Shown here piece by piece: positions 1-7,814 of a stretch of DNA of 64,000 nucleotides. The translations under genes were made by a program, and so were the position numbers. Under the pieces are notes generated by a model. The model saw nothing but the letters and a program-made list of their open reading frames with translations, had not been told where the DNA came from and made no database searches. Position 1 is the stretch's first letter, and the number at the start of each line of letters is the position of its first letter. The stretch is from an uncultured bacterium (GTDB lineage: Bacteria > Patescibacteriota > Patescibacteriia > Magasanikbacterales > UBA922), in the NCBI GenBank assembly GCA_937861125.1, contig CALMAY010000038.1:27942-91941 (forward strand), in the 5' to 3' direction.

Positions 1-12
1 AAAGCGGGAGCA

Positions 13-384
13 GTGGTCTGTGTTGTAGGAAAAACACCAAAAGAAGAAGGGGACAACAAAGTGTTTGTTGAAAAAGCATTTGTCCTAACACCTGAGTCAG
101 CACCAGCTGTCGCAAGTCAGCTCGCAGTCGGTGGCAATATGCCTGCACCTGCACCAGCCGCAGCACCCGTAGAAGCACGACTCGAAATTGAGATGACTCA
201 AGAGCAAGTATCAATGGCAGCCGAGAAACTCAAAGGCACATTTATGCGCAATCCAGGACGGACTCGTGTCTATATTCGTGTTGGGTCAAATGTGTTGCGC
301 ACAGATATTTTGGTGGAGCCGTCAGAAGCTTTGAAACAAGAAATTGAGAATGTGGTGGGGGTGGGGAGTGTCGGAAATTTTTAA
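13..384 (+). CDS. Hypothetical protein. The ORF probably continues upstream of the window, so this is likely a C-terminal part. Ala/Pro-rich linker.
   Basis: ORF from the track; no recognisable family motif; the window edge cuts any possible upstream extension. Confidence 0.3.
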   Translation: MVCVVGKTPKEEGDNKVFVEKAFVLTPESAPAVASQLAVGGNMPAPAPAAAPVEARLEIEMTQEQVSMAAEKLKGTFMRNPGRTRVYIRVGSNVLRTDILVEPSEALKQEIENVVGVGSVGNF

Positions 385-553
385 TTAAATTGGTGAATGT
401 TCTTGCCAACTTTTCAATTCATCAAATATTTTGTCATTAAAAGATTTTGGTTTGAATTTGAAAATAGCATCAGCATTTCTCGTGCAATACTCAAGTTCTT
501 TGGCATTGTTTTGACTTGAATACCATTTGAAACTGTCGATAATATTGGCGTTT

Positions 554-1009
554 TTATCTGTTTAGGTGACGAGTACCCTTCAATTTATTAACGGTGGCAA
601 TATATTCACCCGCTTCTCTAATTAATTCTTCGATGGTATGGATATCTTTTTTGGTAATAGCTTCTCTAATTTTTAAAGCAATTTGGTCTATATAAGTTAC
701 TTCTTCAGGTATTTCATCTAGATTTGTTACTCTACGTGCTATATATTGAAGATCCGATATTTTACGGTCTGGATCTGTTATTGATTCTATATATTTTTGG
801 TTTATGTCTTCAAAGAATTTTCTTACAGTTCTAGGTTGATCTTTTATTGCGTCCCAATATTTTTCCTGCCCTGTACGTTTAAAACGATTTAAGTTATGTT
901 GAATTATGCCATATTCATTTTGGTAATGATATAAGTCGTATAGAGCTTCGTTTATTTTTTCTTGTTTTTCTCGGCTAACTTCTAGTTGTATCGGTCTTTC
1001 TCGTTCCAT
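554..1009 (-). CDS. Hypothetical charged helical protein, an orphan gene inside an AT-rich island.
   Basis: 151-aa ORF; the local sequence is visibly AT-richer than both flanks; no recognisable motif. Confidence 0.4.
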   Translation of the reverse strand: MERERPIQLEVSREKQEKINEALYDLYHYQNEYGIIQHNLNRFKRTGQEKYWDAIKDQPRTVRKFFEDINQKYIESITDPDRKISDLQYIARRVTNLDEIPEEVTYIDQIALKIREAITKKDIHTIEELIREAGEYIATVNKLKGTRHLNR

Positions 1010-1109
1010 ATAGTTATATTATAAATAATAAATTTTTTTCTGAGTATGGAGTTTCTATGCATGGATTATTACATAATAATCTTTTATTAATCTTTGATTA
1101 ACAATATAC

Positions 1110-2315
1110 TTAGTATTCATAAATATGCCAATTCGGATCCGGTGTAATCGTATCCCATGATGAAAAATCATGTTTCTGTGCATGTGCATAGCCTGCTACT
1201 GCGATCATGGCTGCATTGTCCATCGAGTATTCGCGAGGACAGGTGAGAAACAAAATATCTAATTTCAAATTACTAATTTCTAATGACAACGTTTCACGAA
1301 GTTTTTGGTTAGCACTCACACCACCAGCGAGGATGACAGTCTTTGGGTTATATTGTTTGATTGCTCTGAGTGTTTTTTGGGTGAGGACATCGACGATGGC
1401 GGTTTCAAAACTGGCACAGAAATCTTCTTTGGTTACGCCCACTACGTCATTCTGAGCGGAGCGAGCCTGAGGTGAGCGGAGTCGAAGAATCCCGAGCATT
1501 TGTCGTATGAAGCTGGGATCTTTCGACTTCACTTCACTTCGTTGCGTTTCGCTCAAGATGACGTGATCGCGCAGCCAGTAGAGTGCCGATGTCTTGAGTC
1601 CTGCAAAACTAAAATCATAGTTTGGCTCTTTGAGCATCGGACGTGGAAACGGTATCGCATCTGTGCGTCCAGTTTTTGCGAGTGCAGAAATTTTTGGTCC
1701 ACCAGGATATTCGAGATCAAGGAGTTTGGCGACTTTATCAAAGCACTCTCCGGCTGCATCGTCGCGCGTCTTGCCGATGAGTTCGTAGACACCATGGTCT
1801 TTCATCAGGATGAGTTCGGTATGTCCACCACTGACAATCAAACAGAGCGTTGGAAATTTTAGATTTGTGATTTCAGATTTTAGATTACCTTTTTGTTCGT
1901 TGAGTAATACTGAGTAAATGTGGCCTTCTATGTGGTTTACACGAATAAGCGGAACATTCCATAGATACGAAAGTGTCTTGGCAGTCTCAACACCAACAAG
2001 TAACCCAGTCAAAAGTCCTGGTCCAGCCGTCACCGCAATAGCATCTGGTACAAATGGTGTACTTTTGGCTTCGCACTTTTGGCTTCGAACTTCACCCAAT
2101 ACTTCCTCAATCACCGGCATAATATTCTCCGCATGTTTGCGCCCAGCAAGTTCTGGAACCACGCCACCGTATGCTTTGTGAATATCAATCTGGCTCGCAG
2201 TTTTTTGTGCTACTACTTCCGCTGTGCCATCTGCGTGAAATGCTAACACAGCGGCGCTAGTGTCGTCGCAGGATGATTCGATGCCGAGGATATAGTAGGG
2301 TGCTTTATTGATCAT
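1110..2315 (-). CDS. tsaD: tRNA N6-adenosine threonylcarbamoyltransferase TsaD (Kae1/Gcp family). It carries an in-frame insertion of about 38 aa.
   Basis: ILGIESSCDDTSAAV N-terminus, HIEGH metal motif, GGVSAN, AMIA C-terminus. The track ORF runs to 2390, but the conserved start MINKAPYYILGIE gives an ATG at 2315-2313 that overlaps the upstream stop as ATGA. Confidence 0.9.
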   Translation of the reverse strand: MINKAPYYILGIESSCDDTSAAVLAFHADGTAEVVAQKTASQIDIHKAYGGVVPELAGRKHAENIMPVIEEVLGEVRSQKCEAKSTPFVPDAIAVTAGPGLLTGLLVGVETAKTLSYLWNVPLIRVNHIEGHIYSVLLNEQKGNLKSEITNLKFPTLCLIVSGGHTELILMKDHGVYELIGKTRDDAAGECFDKVAKLLDLEYPGGPKISALAKTGRTDAIPFPRPMLKEPNYDFSFAGLKTSALYWLRDHVILSETQRSEVKSKDPSFIRQMLGILRLRSPQARSAQNDVVGVTKEDFCASFETAIVDVLTQKTLRAIKQYNPKTVILAGGVSANQKLRETLSLEISNLKLDILFLTCPREYSMDNAAMIAVAGYAHAQKHDFSSWDTITPDPNWHIYEY

Positions 2316-2821
2316 ATCGTATAGAGATAGAGTGTCGGTTGCTTCTCCCGTTTGATCACCTCTGTTGGTACCCACTGTGGGAGTGGCCAAACATAGGAGA
2401 GTACTATACTGCCAGGTTTGAGCTCTTTTTTCAACTTCTCCATAAGTTTGGGAAACATCTCGGGCATGAGGAAAAAATAGACGTGTGTGGTGTCAGAGAG
2501 ATCGGTGTGCCAGAGATTTTTGTATCTGATCTGTACTCGACTGCGTGCAGGTGAAAACAGTCGTCGTATGTGTGCGATGATGTAGGGGAGGAGAGAGATC
2601 TCTAGTCCTGTGGCACGAGCACCTCGCTCTGCGGCAGCGATAGTGAGTCGTCCGTCACCACAACCGATATCACAAAAGACAGAATCTTTGTTTAGTTTTA
2701 GTGCGTCAATAATTGCTGATACATCATCTTTGCGTGTTGGTACCCATGGCGCGCCCTTGTATCCAGCATAGGCGAAGGTGCCAAAGATAGCGAGGAGGAT
2801 GGTAATGGTAAAAAGTTCCAT
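2312..2821 (-). CDS. Class I SAM-dependent methyltransferase with an N-terminal membrane anchor.
   Basis: DIGCGDGRL glycine-rich SAM-binding motif I; hydrophobic N-terminal helix. Confidence 0.6.
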   Translation of the reverse strand: MELFTITILLAIFGTFAYAGYKGAPWVPTRKDDVSAIIDALKLNKDSVFCDIGCGDGRLTIAAAERGARATGLEISLLPYIIAHIRRLFSPARSRVQIRYKNLWHTDLSDTTHVYFFLMPEMFPKLMEKLKKELKPGSIVLSYVWPLPQWVPTEVIKREKQPTLYLYTI

Positions 2822-2824
2822 ATA

Positions 2825-3673
2825 TTATCGTTGAAATAGTGACCACATGGTAGAGAGTATCTGCTGCGCAGTGTCTAGTTTGTTTTGACGATGGAGTTCT
2901 GCGGCAAAACGAACACCGCGATAACTCAGTGGTGTTGAGATAATTTCCATGTAGTGTGGGTCATGTGCAAATTCTTTTTTTGCAAAATCCCAACACGCAT
3001 ATGCTTCATCGATATTGTCTGCCTGCCCAACCATCTGGAGTGTGTAGTACACAATGTCATAATATCTAAATGACCAACCACTCCATCCGCTGTCCACAAG
3101 TGTCAGTCTTCCTGTCTGCTTGTCTTTTGCTATATGCCATGGGACGAGATCGTGGTGCTGAAATGCACGAGTATCAAAATGTCGCTTGAGATATGTGTGG
3201 AGCTGTTCTGCTTGTGTCTGAGTGATAAGCGTGTGTTCCAAAAGGTACGTCACATCTGTCTCAAAACGCGGCCAATTGAGCTGACGTCTCTCGTCGCTAT
3301 CATCTCTGATCTCTGTTGGAATATCACTGTAGGGGATGTCTAGACACCATTTCAAAAACGTAAACATTTCCTGTCTGTAACTCTCGAATGCTTGCGCATC
3401 TGCTGCCGTCTGTATGTCCGCTGCGAGCCAGTCATGTGTGGTGCTGATATCGGGGTAGACGAGAGAGGTGCCATCAAATGTAGGCAGGAGAAAATCAAAT
3501 CCCACCTCTTTCCCTTGGGTGTAGTGGTAGAGAAATGTTTGGTTGTGAAACTCGCGGGTGTTTTCTACAATACCTGCCGCTGTCTTGGCGTGTTTTACAA
3601 ATGTCGGTGCGTCACCTGAAAGGTTGCGGAATATATGTATATTGGCTGTTTCTTTGATCGTGTGGTATTCCAT
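2825..3673 (-). CDS. Aminoglycoside/choline-kinase-like phosphotransferase (APH family).
   Basis: HHDLVPWHI (Brenner HxDxxxxN-like catalytic motif) and VDSGWSG (DxG-like) motifs typical of the APH/ChoK kinase fold. Confidence 0.55.
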   Translation of the reverse strand: MEYHTIKETANIHIFRNLSGDAPTFVKHAKTAAGIVENTREFHNQTFLYHYTQGKEVGFDFLLPTFDGTSLVYPDISTTHDWLAADIQTAADAQAFESYRQEMFTFLKWCLDIPYSDIPTEIRDDSDERRQLNWPRFETDVTYLLEHTLITQTQAEQLHTYLKRHFDTRAFQHHDLVPWHIAKDKQTGRLTLVDSGWSGWSFRYYDIVYYTLQMVGQADNIDEAYACWDFAKKEFAHDPHYMEIISTPLSYRGVRFAAELHRQNKLDTAQQILSTMWSLFQR

Positions 3674-3736
3674 AGGAGGGGGTTACTATAGTCTACATCA
3701 TAACAAAAAAAAGACCTCATGTATATGAGATCTTTT

Positions 3737-3811
3737 TGGTAGCGCCAAGGGGAATCGAACCCCTGTTCTCAGGATGAAAACCTAATGTCCTAACCACTAG
3801 ACGATGGCGCC
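3737..3811 (-). tRNA. tRNA-Glu(UUC), complete with encoded CCA.
   Basis: Manual cloverleaf on the reverse complement: acceptor GGCGCCA/TGGCGCT, D-arm GTCT-AGTGGTTA-GGAC, anticodon stem TTAGG/CCTGA with loop TTTTCAT (anticodon TTC), T-arm AGGGG-TTCGATT-CCCCT, 3' ACCA. Confidence 0.85.
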
Positions 3812-3818
3812 ATGTGCA

Positions 3819-4064
3819 TTATTCAAAAATGCGTCTGTATAATTTTTCTTTTTCACTACTGTTGGTTTTGAGCTGATACTCTCTTTTTCGTGCAAGCGTT
3901 CCTGATACGTATGCTTCGTAGTAGACGAGTTGGTATGGAATTTTTGAACGAATTGATTTGGTTTTACCACTATTGTGTTCCACAAGTCTTTTTCGTAGGT
4001 CTTCAGTGTATCCGATATAGGTGGTTTTGTCTATAGTGGATTGTAAAACGTATGTATAAAACAT
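3819..4064 (-). CDS. GIY-YIG nuclease-domain protein (UPF0213/COG2827-like, 81 aa).
   Basis: YTYVLQS..YIGYTEDLRKRLVEHNSG matches the GIY-YIG core; the stop lies 8 nt upstream of the tRNA-Glu 5' end on the same strand. Confidence 0.75.
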   Translation of the reverse strand: MFYTYVLQSTIDKTTYIGYTEDLRKRLVEHNSGKTKSIRSKIPYQLVYYEAYVSGTLARKREYQLKTNSSEKEKLYRRIFE

Positions 4065-4111
4065 AGTCTTGTCAAGGATGCCACCCTACGGGTGGTCACC
4101 CGCGAGGGTGA

Positions 4112-4149
4112 AAAACCTAATGTCCTAACCACTAGACGATGGCGCCATG
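4112..4149 (-). repeat. Exact 38-nt duplicate of tRNA-Glu nt -3 to +35 (a 5'-half tRNA fragment). It is followed, in the tRNA direction, by two GC-rich hairpins at 4081-4110.
   Basis: 4112-4149 is identical to 3777-3814. The two copies diverge exactly inside the anticodon (position 35/36). No 3' half is present, so it cannot be a functional tRNA. Confidence 0.85.
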
Positions 4150-4206
4150 AGTTGAATTGTGAAAACAGTGACAGTATAACTGGTTTTTGGTCGTTCGTCA
4201 ACCCCC

Positions 4207-4235
4207 TTGACAGATATAGAGATATCCTGTATTCT
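4207..4235 (+). promoter_or_regulatory. Sigma-70-type promoter for rplJ-rplL (TTGACA-N17-TATTCT).
   Basis: TTGACA at 4207-4212, 17-nt spacer, TATTCT at 4230-4235. Confidence 0.5.
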
Positions 4236-4344
4236 ATCCTCATAACCACAGACAGTAGCTTCCGCCCAAAGCGGATTAAATACGCTACCGAGGTGAATCT
4301 ACTCTCCCTATACATAGGGGATTTGGTCGAAGATTTATCGTTTT

Positions 4345-4369
4345 ACTGTGGTTTTGCCACGGTTTTTTA
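4345..4369 (+). promoter_or_regulatory. Hairpin plus U-run inside the rplJ 5' leader; candidate L10-leader attenuator.
   Basis: ACTGTGG-TTTTG-CCACGGT stem-loop followed by TTTTTTA, about 45 nt upstream of the rplJ start. Confidence 0.4.
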
Positions 4370-4413
4370 TTTCCCTGTATTTCAGGCAAATAGACCGTTG
4401 TTAAATACTTTCT

Positions 4414-4938
4414 ATGGCAAAAACACGTGCACAAAAAGAACAAGCAGCAGTGGTGCTCGAACAAACCATGAAAAAAGCCAAAGGCATTGTCTTTGTCAAT
4501 TACCAAGGTTTGACGATTCCACAGACTGATGAGTTGCGTAAAGCATGTCGTGAAAACGACGCGGTGTTTATCGCAAGTAAAAAGACATTGGTGCGTATGG
4601 CACTTGCCAACATTGGCAGTACTGTCGACACCAAATCTTTTGATGGTTCTGTGGCTGTGATTGCAGGTATGAGTGATGAAGTTACTGCGGCTAAAATTGC
4701 AGGTGACTTCGCCAAAAAGAATGACAAACTTGTCTTCTTTGGTGGTGTCCTCGAAGGATCACTTATCGACGCACAGCAGGCAAAAGCACTCGCAGCTCTT
4801 CCAAGTAAGCAACAGCTTCTTGGTCAGCTGGTTGGAACATTGAACGCTCCAGTATCTGGATTTGTCAACGTTCTCGCTGGCAACATCCGTGGATTGGTCA
4901 CAGTCCTCGATGCAGTCAAGAGTCAGAAAGCAGCATAA
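4414..4938 (+). CDS. rplJ: 50S ribosomal protein L10.
   Basis: Typical L10 sequence and length; immediately upstream of rplL. Confidence 0.9.
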   Translation: MAKTRAQKEQAAVVLEQTMKKAKGIVFVNYQGLTIPQTDELRKACRENDAVFIASKKTLVRMALANIGSTVDTKSFDGSVAVIAGMSDEVTAAKIAGDFAKKNDKLVFFGGVLEGSLIDAQQAKALAALPSKQQLLGQLVGTLNAPVSGFVNVLAGNIRGLVTVLDAVKSQKAA

Positions 4939-4980
4939 CTTGTTTACTTTTCAAATTATTAACTTGTAATTCAAAAATAT

Positions 4981-5376
4981 ATGTCAGACGTAGTCGTACC
5001 AGAGAAGTTTGCTTCTCTTGTCTCTGAAATCGAAAAGATGTCAGTACTTGATCTCTCAGAGCTCGTAAAAGTGCTTGAAGAGAAATTTGGTGTATCAGCA
5101 GCAGCTCCAGCCATGATGATGGCAGCTCCAGCAGCAGGTGCAGCAGCTCCAGCAGCAGAAGAGAAATCTTCATTTACTGTTGAGCTCACTGAAGCAGGTG
5201 ACAACAAAATCAATGTCATCAAAGCAGTAAAAGAAATCACAGGTCTTGGACTTGCTGATGCAAAAGCTCTCGTTGATGGTGCTCCAAAAGCAGTTAAAGA
5301 AGGCGTAGCAAAAGCAGACGCTGAAGAAATGAAAAAGAAAATCGAAGAAGCAGGTGGTAAAGTCACCTTGAAATAA
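4981..5376 (+). CDS. rplL: 50S ribosomal protein L7/L12.
   Basis: Ala/Pro-rich hinge [22 protein letters not shown] plus a C-terminal domain ([28 protein letters not shown]...GGKVTLK). Confidence 0.95.
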   Translation: MSDVVVPEKFASLVSEIEKMSVLDLSELVKVLEEKFGVSAAAPAMMMAAPAAGAAAPAAEEKSSFTVELTEAGDNKINVIKAVKEITGLGLADAKALVDGAPKAVKEGVAKADAEEMKKKIEEAGGKVTLK

Positions 5377-5461
5377 CACGCAGTGTTATTTCAAGAGTGA
5401 TCCTGAGCGAAATCCCGCCGTGGCGGGATGTAGTCGAAGGATCTCTCATTCTCTAGATAAT

Positions 5462-5492
5462 AAAAACCCTGTACCTATGGTACAGGGTTTTT
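5462..5492. terminator. Bidirectional intrinsic terminator between rplL and the convergent 730-aa gene.
   Basis: AAAAA-CCCTGTACC-TATG-GTACAGGG-TTTTT. Confidence 0.7.
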
Positions 5493-5552
5493 GTATCGTC
5501 ATGAGCCTTGTGAGCATTCTAAGCCTCCTGAGCATTTTAATCCTTTTAAGCC

Positions 5553-7745
5553 TTATAATGAAAAAGAGTACACCACATTGGAATCCAAAATGTACACAGT
5601 TTTGTTTTTTTCATCCACACTCATGCCTGTTGGATTTTTCCACTCTGCTGCGGTATATTGTTTGACCAGTTTTCCTGTCTTGTCTAGTACAACAATACGT
5701 TTATTGGTTGGCTCTAAAATGTAGAGATAGTTGACGTCAGTGTAGGTAAATAGTTCTGTTGGATTGCTCAATGCTGGGTCAAGTCCGGTAATAGAAAATG
5801 CTTCTTCAACTCCTGCAACAAATTTTTTGATTTCTCCTGATGCCGTGAGTATATAGACATCACCATCAATAGCAATCGAGACTGCGTCAGCTAGTGTAGA
5901 TCCTTCGCGCTGTGATTGGATCCATGGCGTGCCTTTGTCATAGCCTGTGGCAGTTGGGTTATGTTTATAGATTTGATTATTTTTTGCGTCTAGTATGTAG
6001 GCTCTGCGGTTGTATAGCGCGATGTCATTTGGTGCTGCATCTGTTGTCGGATAGACGATGGTTTTTTGTGAAATGGTTTGGTTGGTTGGATCAAGTGTGC
6101 CGATACTTTGTGCATCTCCGAGGAAAACAATTGTATCATTTTCTTTTGGTGTGTTGGCACGTAAGAGTGGGGGGAGTGAAGAATGATTGCGTGTATCCAC
6201 TGACCCGCCTACTATTGGTAATACATAATGTGTTGAGTCATTGGTACCATATGCAATGAGGGTATTTTGGATACGAGCGAGGCGGGTAGGGGTGGCTGGT
6301 TTTTCTGCTGTACTTGCAATGGTAGCAAGTACAGTAGGGGAAACGATAGTAATATTACGGACTTGATCCAAAAGAATGGCGATAGAATTGAGAAAAGATT
6401 GGCGTGTCTGTCTTTGTTCGTCTGTATCAGTAGGAAGTTCTTTTGCCTTTGTTTGTGCTGTTGTCAGCAAATTGAGCGCACCGCTTCGATCGTTGTATGT
6501 AAACTGTGCTTGTGCTTTTTCATAGGTACTTTGGATGTCACGTATCGAGAGGGTGTATGCTTGTTTTTGTGCTACTTGTTTTTTGTTGGCACTATAGATG
6601 ACTATGCTACTGATAAATATAGTAATAGCGAGTATGGTCCCAATAAGCAGTACTTTACTGATAAGTGGAAGATGGACAAATGATCGTTTTTTCCCCTCAA
6701 TGCTTCTCGTGAGTGTGTGAATAATTTCAGTTCGTCTATTCTTTTGATTTGTAATCAAAAACCAGACGATGACAATAAGTTCTTTGATACCTACCAAGAT
6801 TCGTTCTAATAGCGCCAGCAACATGCTTGAGGCGGTCAAAAGGACGGTACCAATACCACGTAACAAAGAGACGATAAAGGGAACCGTTGTTGTATCTGGT
6901 TCTACTGAGAGTTGTGTGTTTGTTGGTGATATTGGCTGTTGCGGATGAAATGAAAAGAGACTTTTTGCACTTTGAAGCAGTGATGGGTTGAGTGTTTCTG
7001 CTGTGTTGTCCTGTGTTTCTACAAGTTCATTAATAGAGTCTCCTTTTTGTTTGAGATGAGGTGGAATTTTTCCTGTTTTTGGTAAATCGTGTACAGAGAT
7101 AATTTTGGATACAATACCACCAAATGAGATGTCACTACGTAGGTTGGCTAGGACACGCTGGAGATGGGTAGATCCGCTCATTACATCGCGAGCAGTAATA
7201 ATTTTTTGGATTCTATCTTCTGAAAAATAACGCCCAACAGATGGTGTACCAACAAAAAAGTAATCGTGCATGTGTATACTCCCAGAGAGGACAGAAGAAA
7301 ATAGTTGTGTGGGTGTATCATCTGCTTCATTGATAATGGAGAGGTGTTTGTATTCTTGTTTGTGTTGGTAAAATACGTATGCAATCGGAGCGCCGTGATA
7401 CGATAATAAGATAGTACCACCAATCATCACACCTACAACCGCATCTACCGTTCCATCTGAAAGCATGTGGTGACTTTTACGGTTCATCTGTTCAAGGATG
7501 TGTTCAAATAGTATTTCAGGGTTATCAGTATCTTCACTGTAGTATCGGGATTCTATATCATCGATACATTGTTGTAATTCTTCAATTTGTTCTGTGGTTC
7601 CACCCGTAATTTCAATCAATGCAAATAATGAACCTTTTGGTATTTCTGTAGCAGTGGATGGTTCACTAATATGAAGCAAAACATGAGACGTTTTTCGATT
7701 GCGTCCTTCAACAAAAAATTCTTGAATTTGTGGAAACCCAGACAT
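5553..7745 (-). CDS. Large membrane protein with three parts: an N-terminal cytoplasmic domain (possibly a degenerate PP2C-like fold), central TM helices, and a C-terminal extracytoplasmic repeat domain (beta-propeller-like).
   Basis: 730-aa ORF; hydrophobic segments around residues 300-380; C-terminal repeats of the YILD..N..IY type; the N-terminal GGT/DG motifs are only weakly PP2C-like. Confidence 0.45.
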   Translation of the reverse strand: MSGFPQIQEFFVEGRNRKTSHVLLHISEPSTATEIPKGSLFALIEITGGTTEQIEELQQCIDDIESRYYSEDTDNPEILFEHILEQMNRKSHHMLSDGTVDAVVGVMIGGTILLSYHGAPIAYVFYQHKQEYKHLSIINEADDTPTQLFSSVLSGSIHMHDYFFVGTPSVGRYFSEDRIQKIITARDVMSGSTHLQRVLANLRSDISFGGIVSKIISVHDLPKTGKIPPHLKQKGDSINELVETQDNTAETLNPSLLQSAKSLFSFHPQQPISPTNTQLSVEPDTTTVPFIVSLLRGIGTVLLTASSMLLALLERILVGIKELIVIVWFLITNQKNRRTEIIHTLTRSIEGKKRSFVHLPLISKVLLIGTILAITIFISSIVIYSANKKQVAQKQAYTLSIRDIQSTYEKAQAQFTYNDRSGALNLLTTAQTKAKELPTDTDEQRQTRQSFLNSIAILLDQVRNITIVSPTVLATIASTAEKPATPTRLARIQNTLIAYGTNDSTHYVLPIVGGSVDTRNHSSLPPLLRANTPKENDTIVFLGDAQSIGTLDPTNQTISQKTIVYPTTDAAPNDIALYNRRAYILDAKNNQIYKHNPTATGYDKGTPWIQSQREGSTLADAVSIAIDGDVYILTASGEIKKFVAGVEEAFSITGLDPALSNPTELFTYTDVNYLYILEPTNKRIVVLDKTGKLVKQYTAAEWKNPTGMSVDEKNKTVYILDSNVVYSFSL

Positions 7746-7814
7746 AGGGGGTATAGTTGCCTTTTTGGATACTTCCTAGTATACTGCAAGTATACAAAAA
7801 AAACAACCGAATAT

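Noticed and set aside
4075-4150. Second tRNA-Glu gene.
   Set aside because: Only nt 1-35 match. The anticodon stem cannot close and the D-arm has no partner T-arm or acceptor 3' strand. It is a fragment, not a functional or split tRNA.
4971-5366. 131-aa ORF on the minus strand fully antisense to rplL.
   Set aside because: It has a low-complexity Ala/Ser-rich translation mirroring the Ala/Pro hinge of L7/L12. The plus-strand gene is unambiguous, so this is a spurious shadow ORF.
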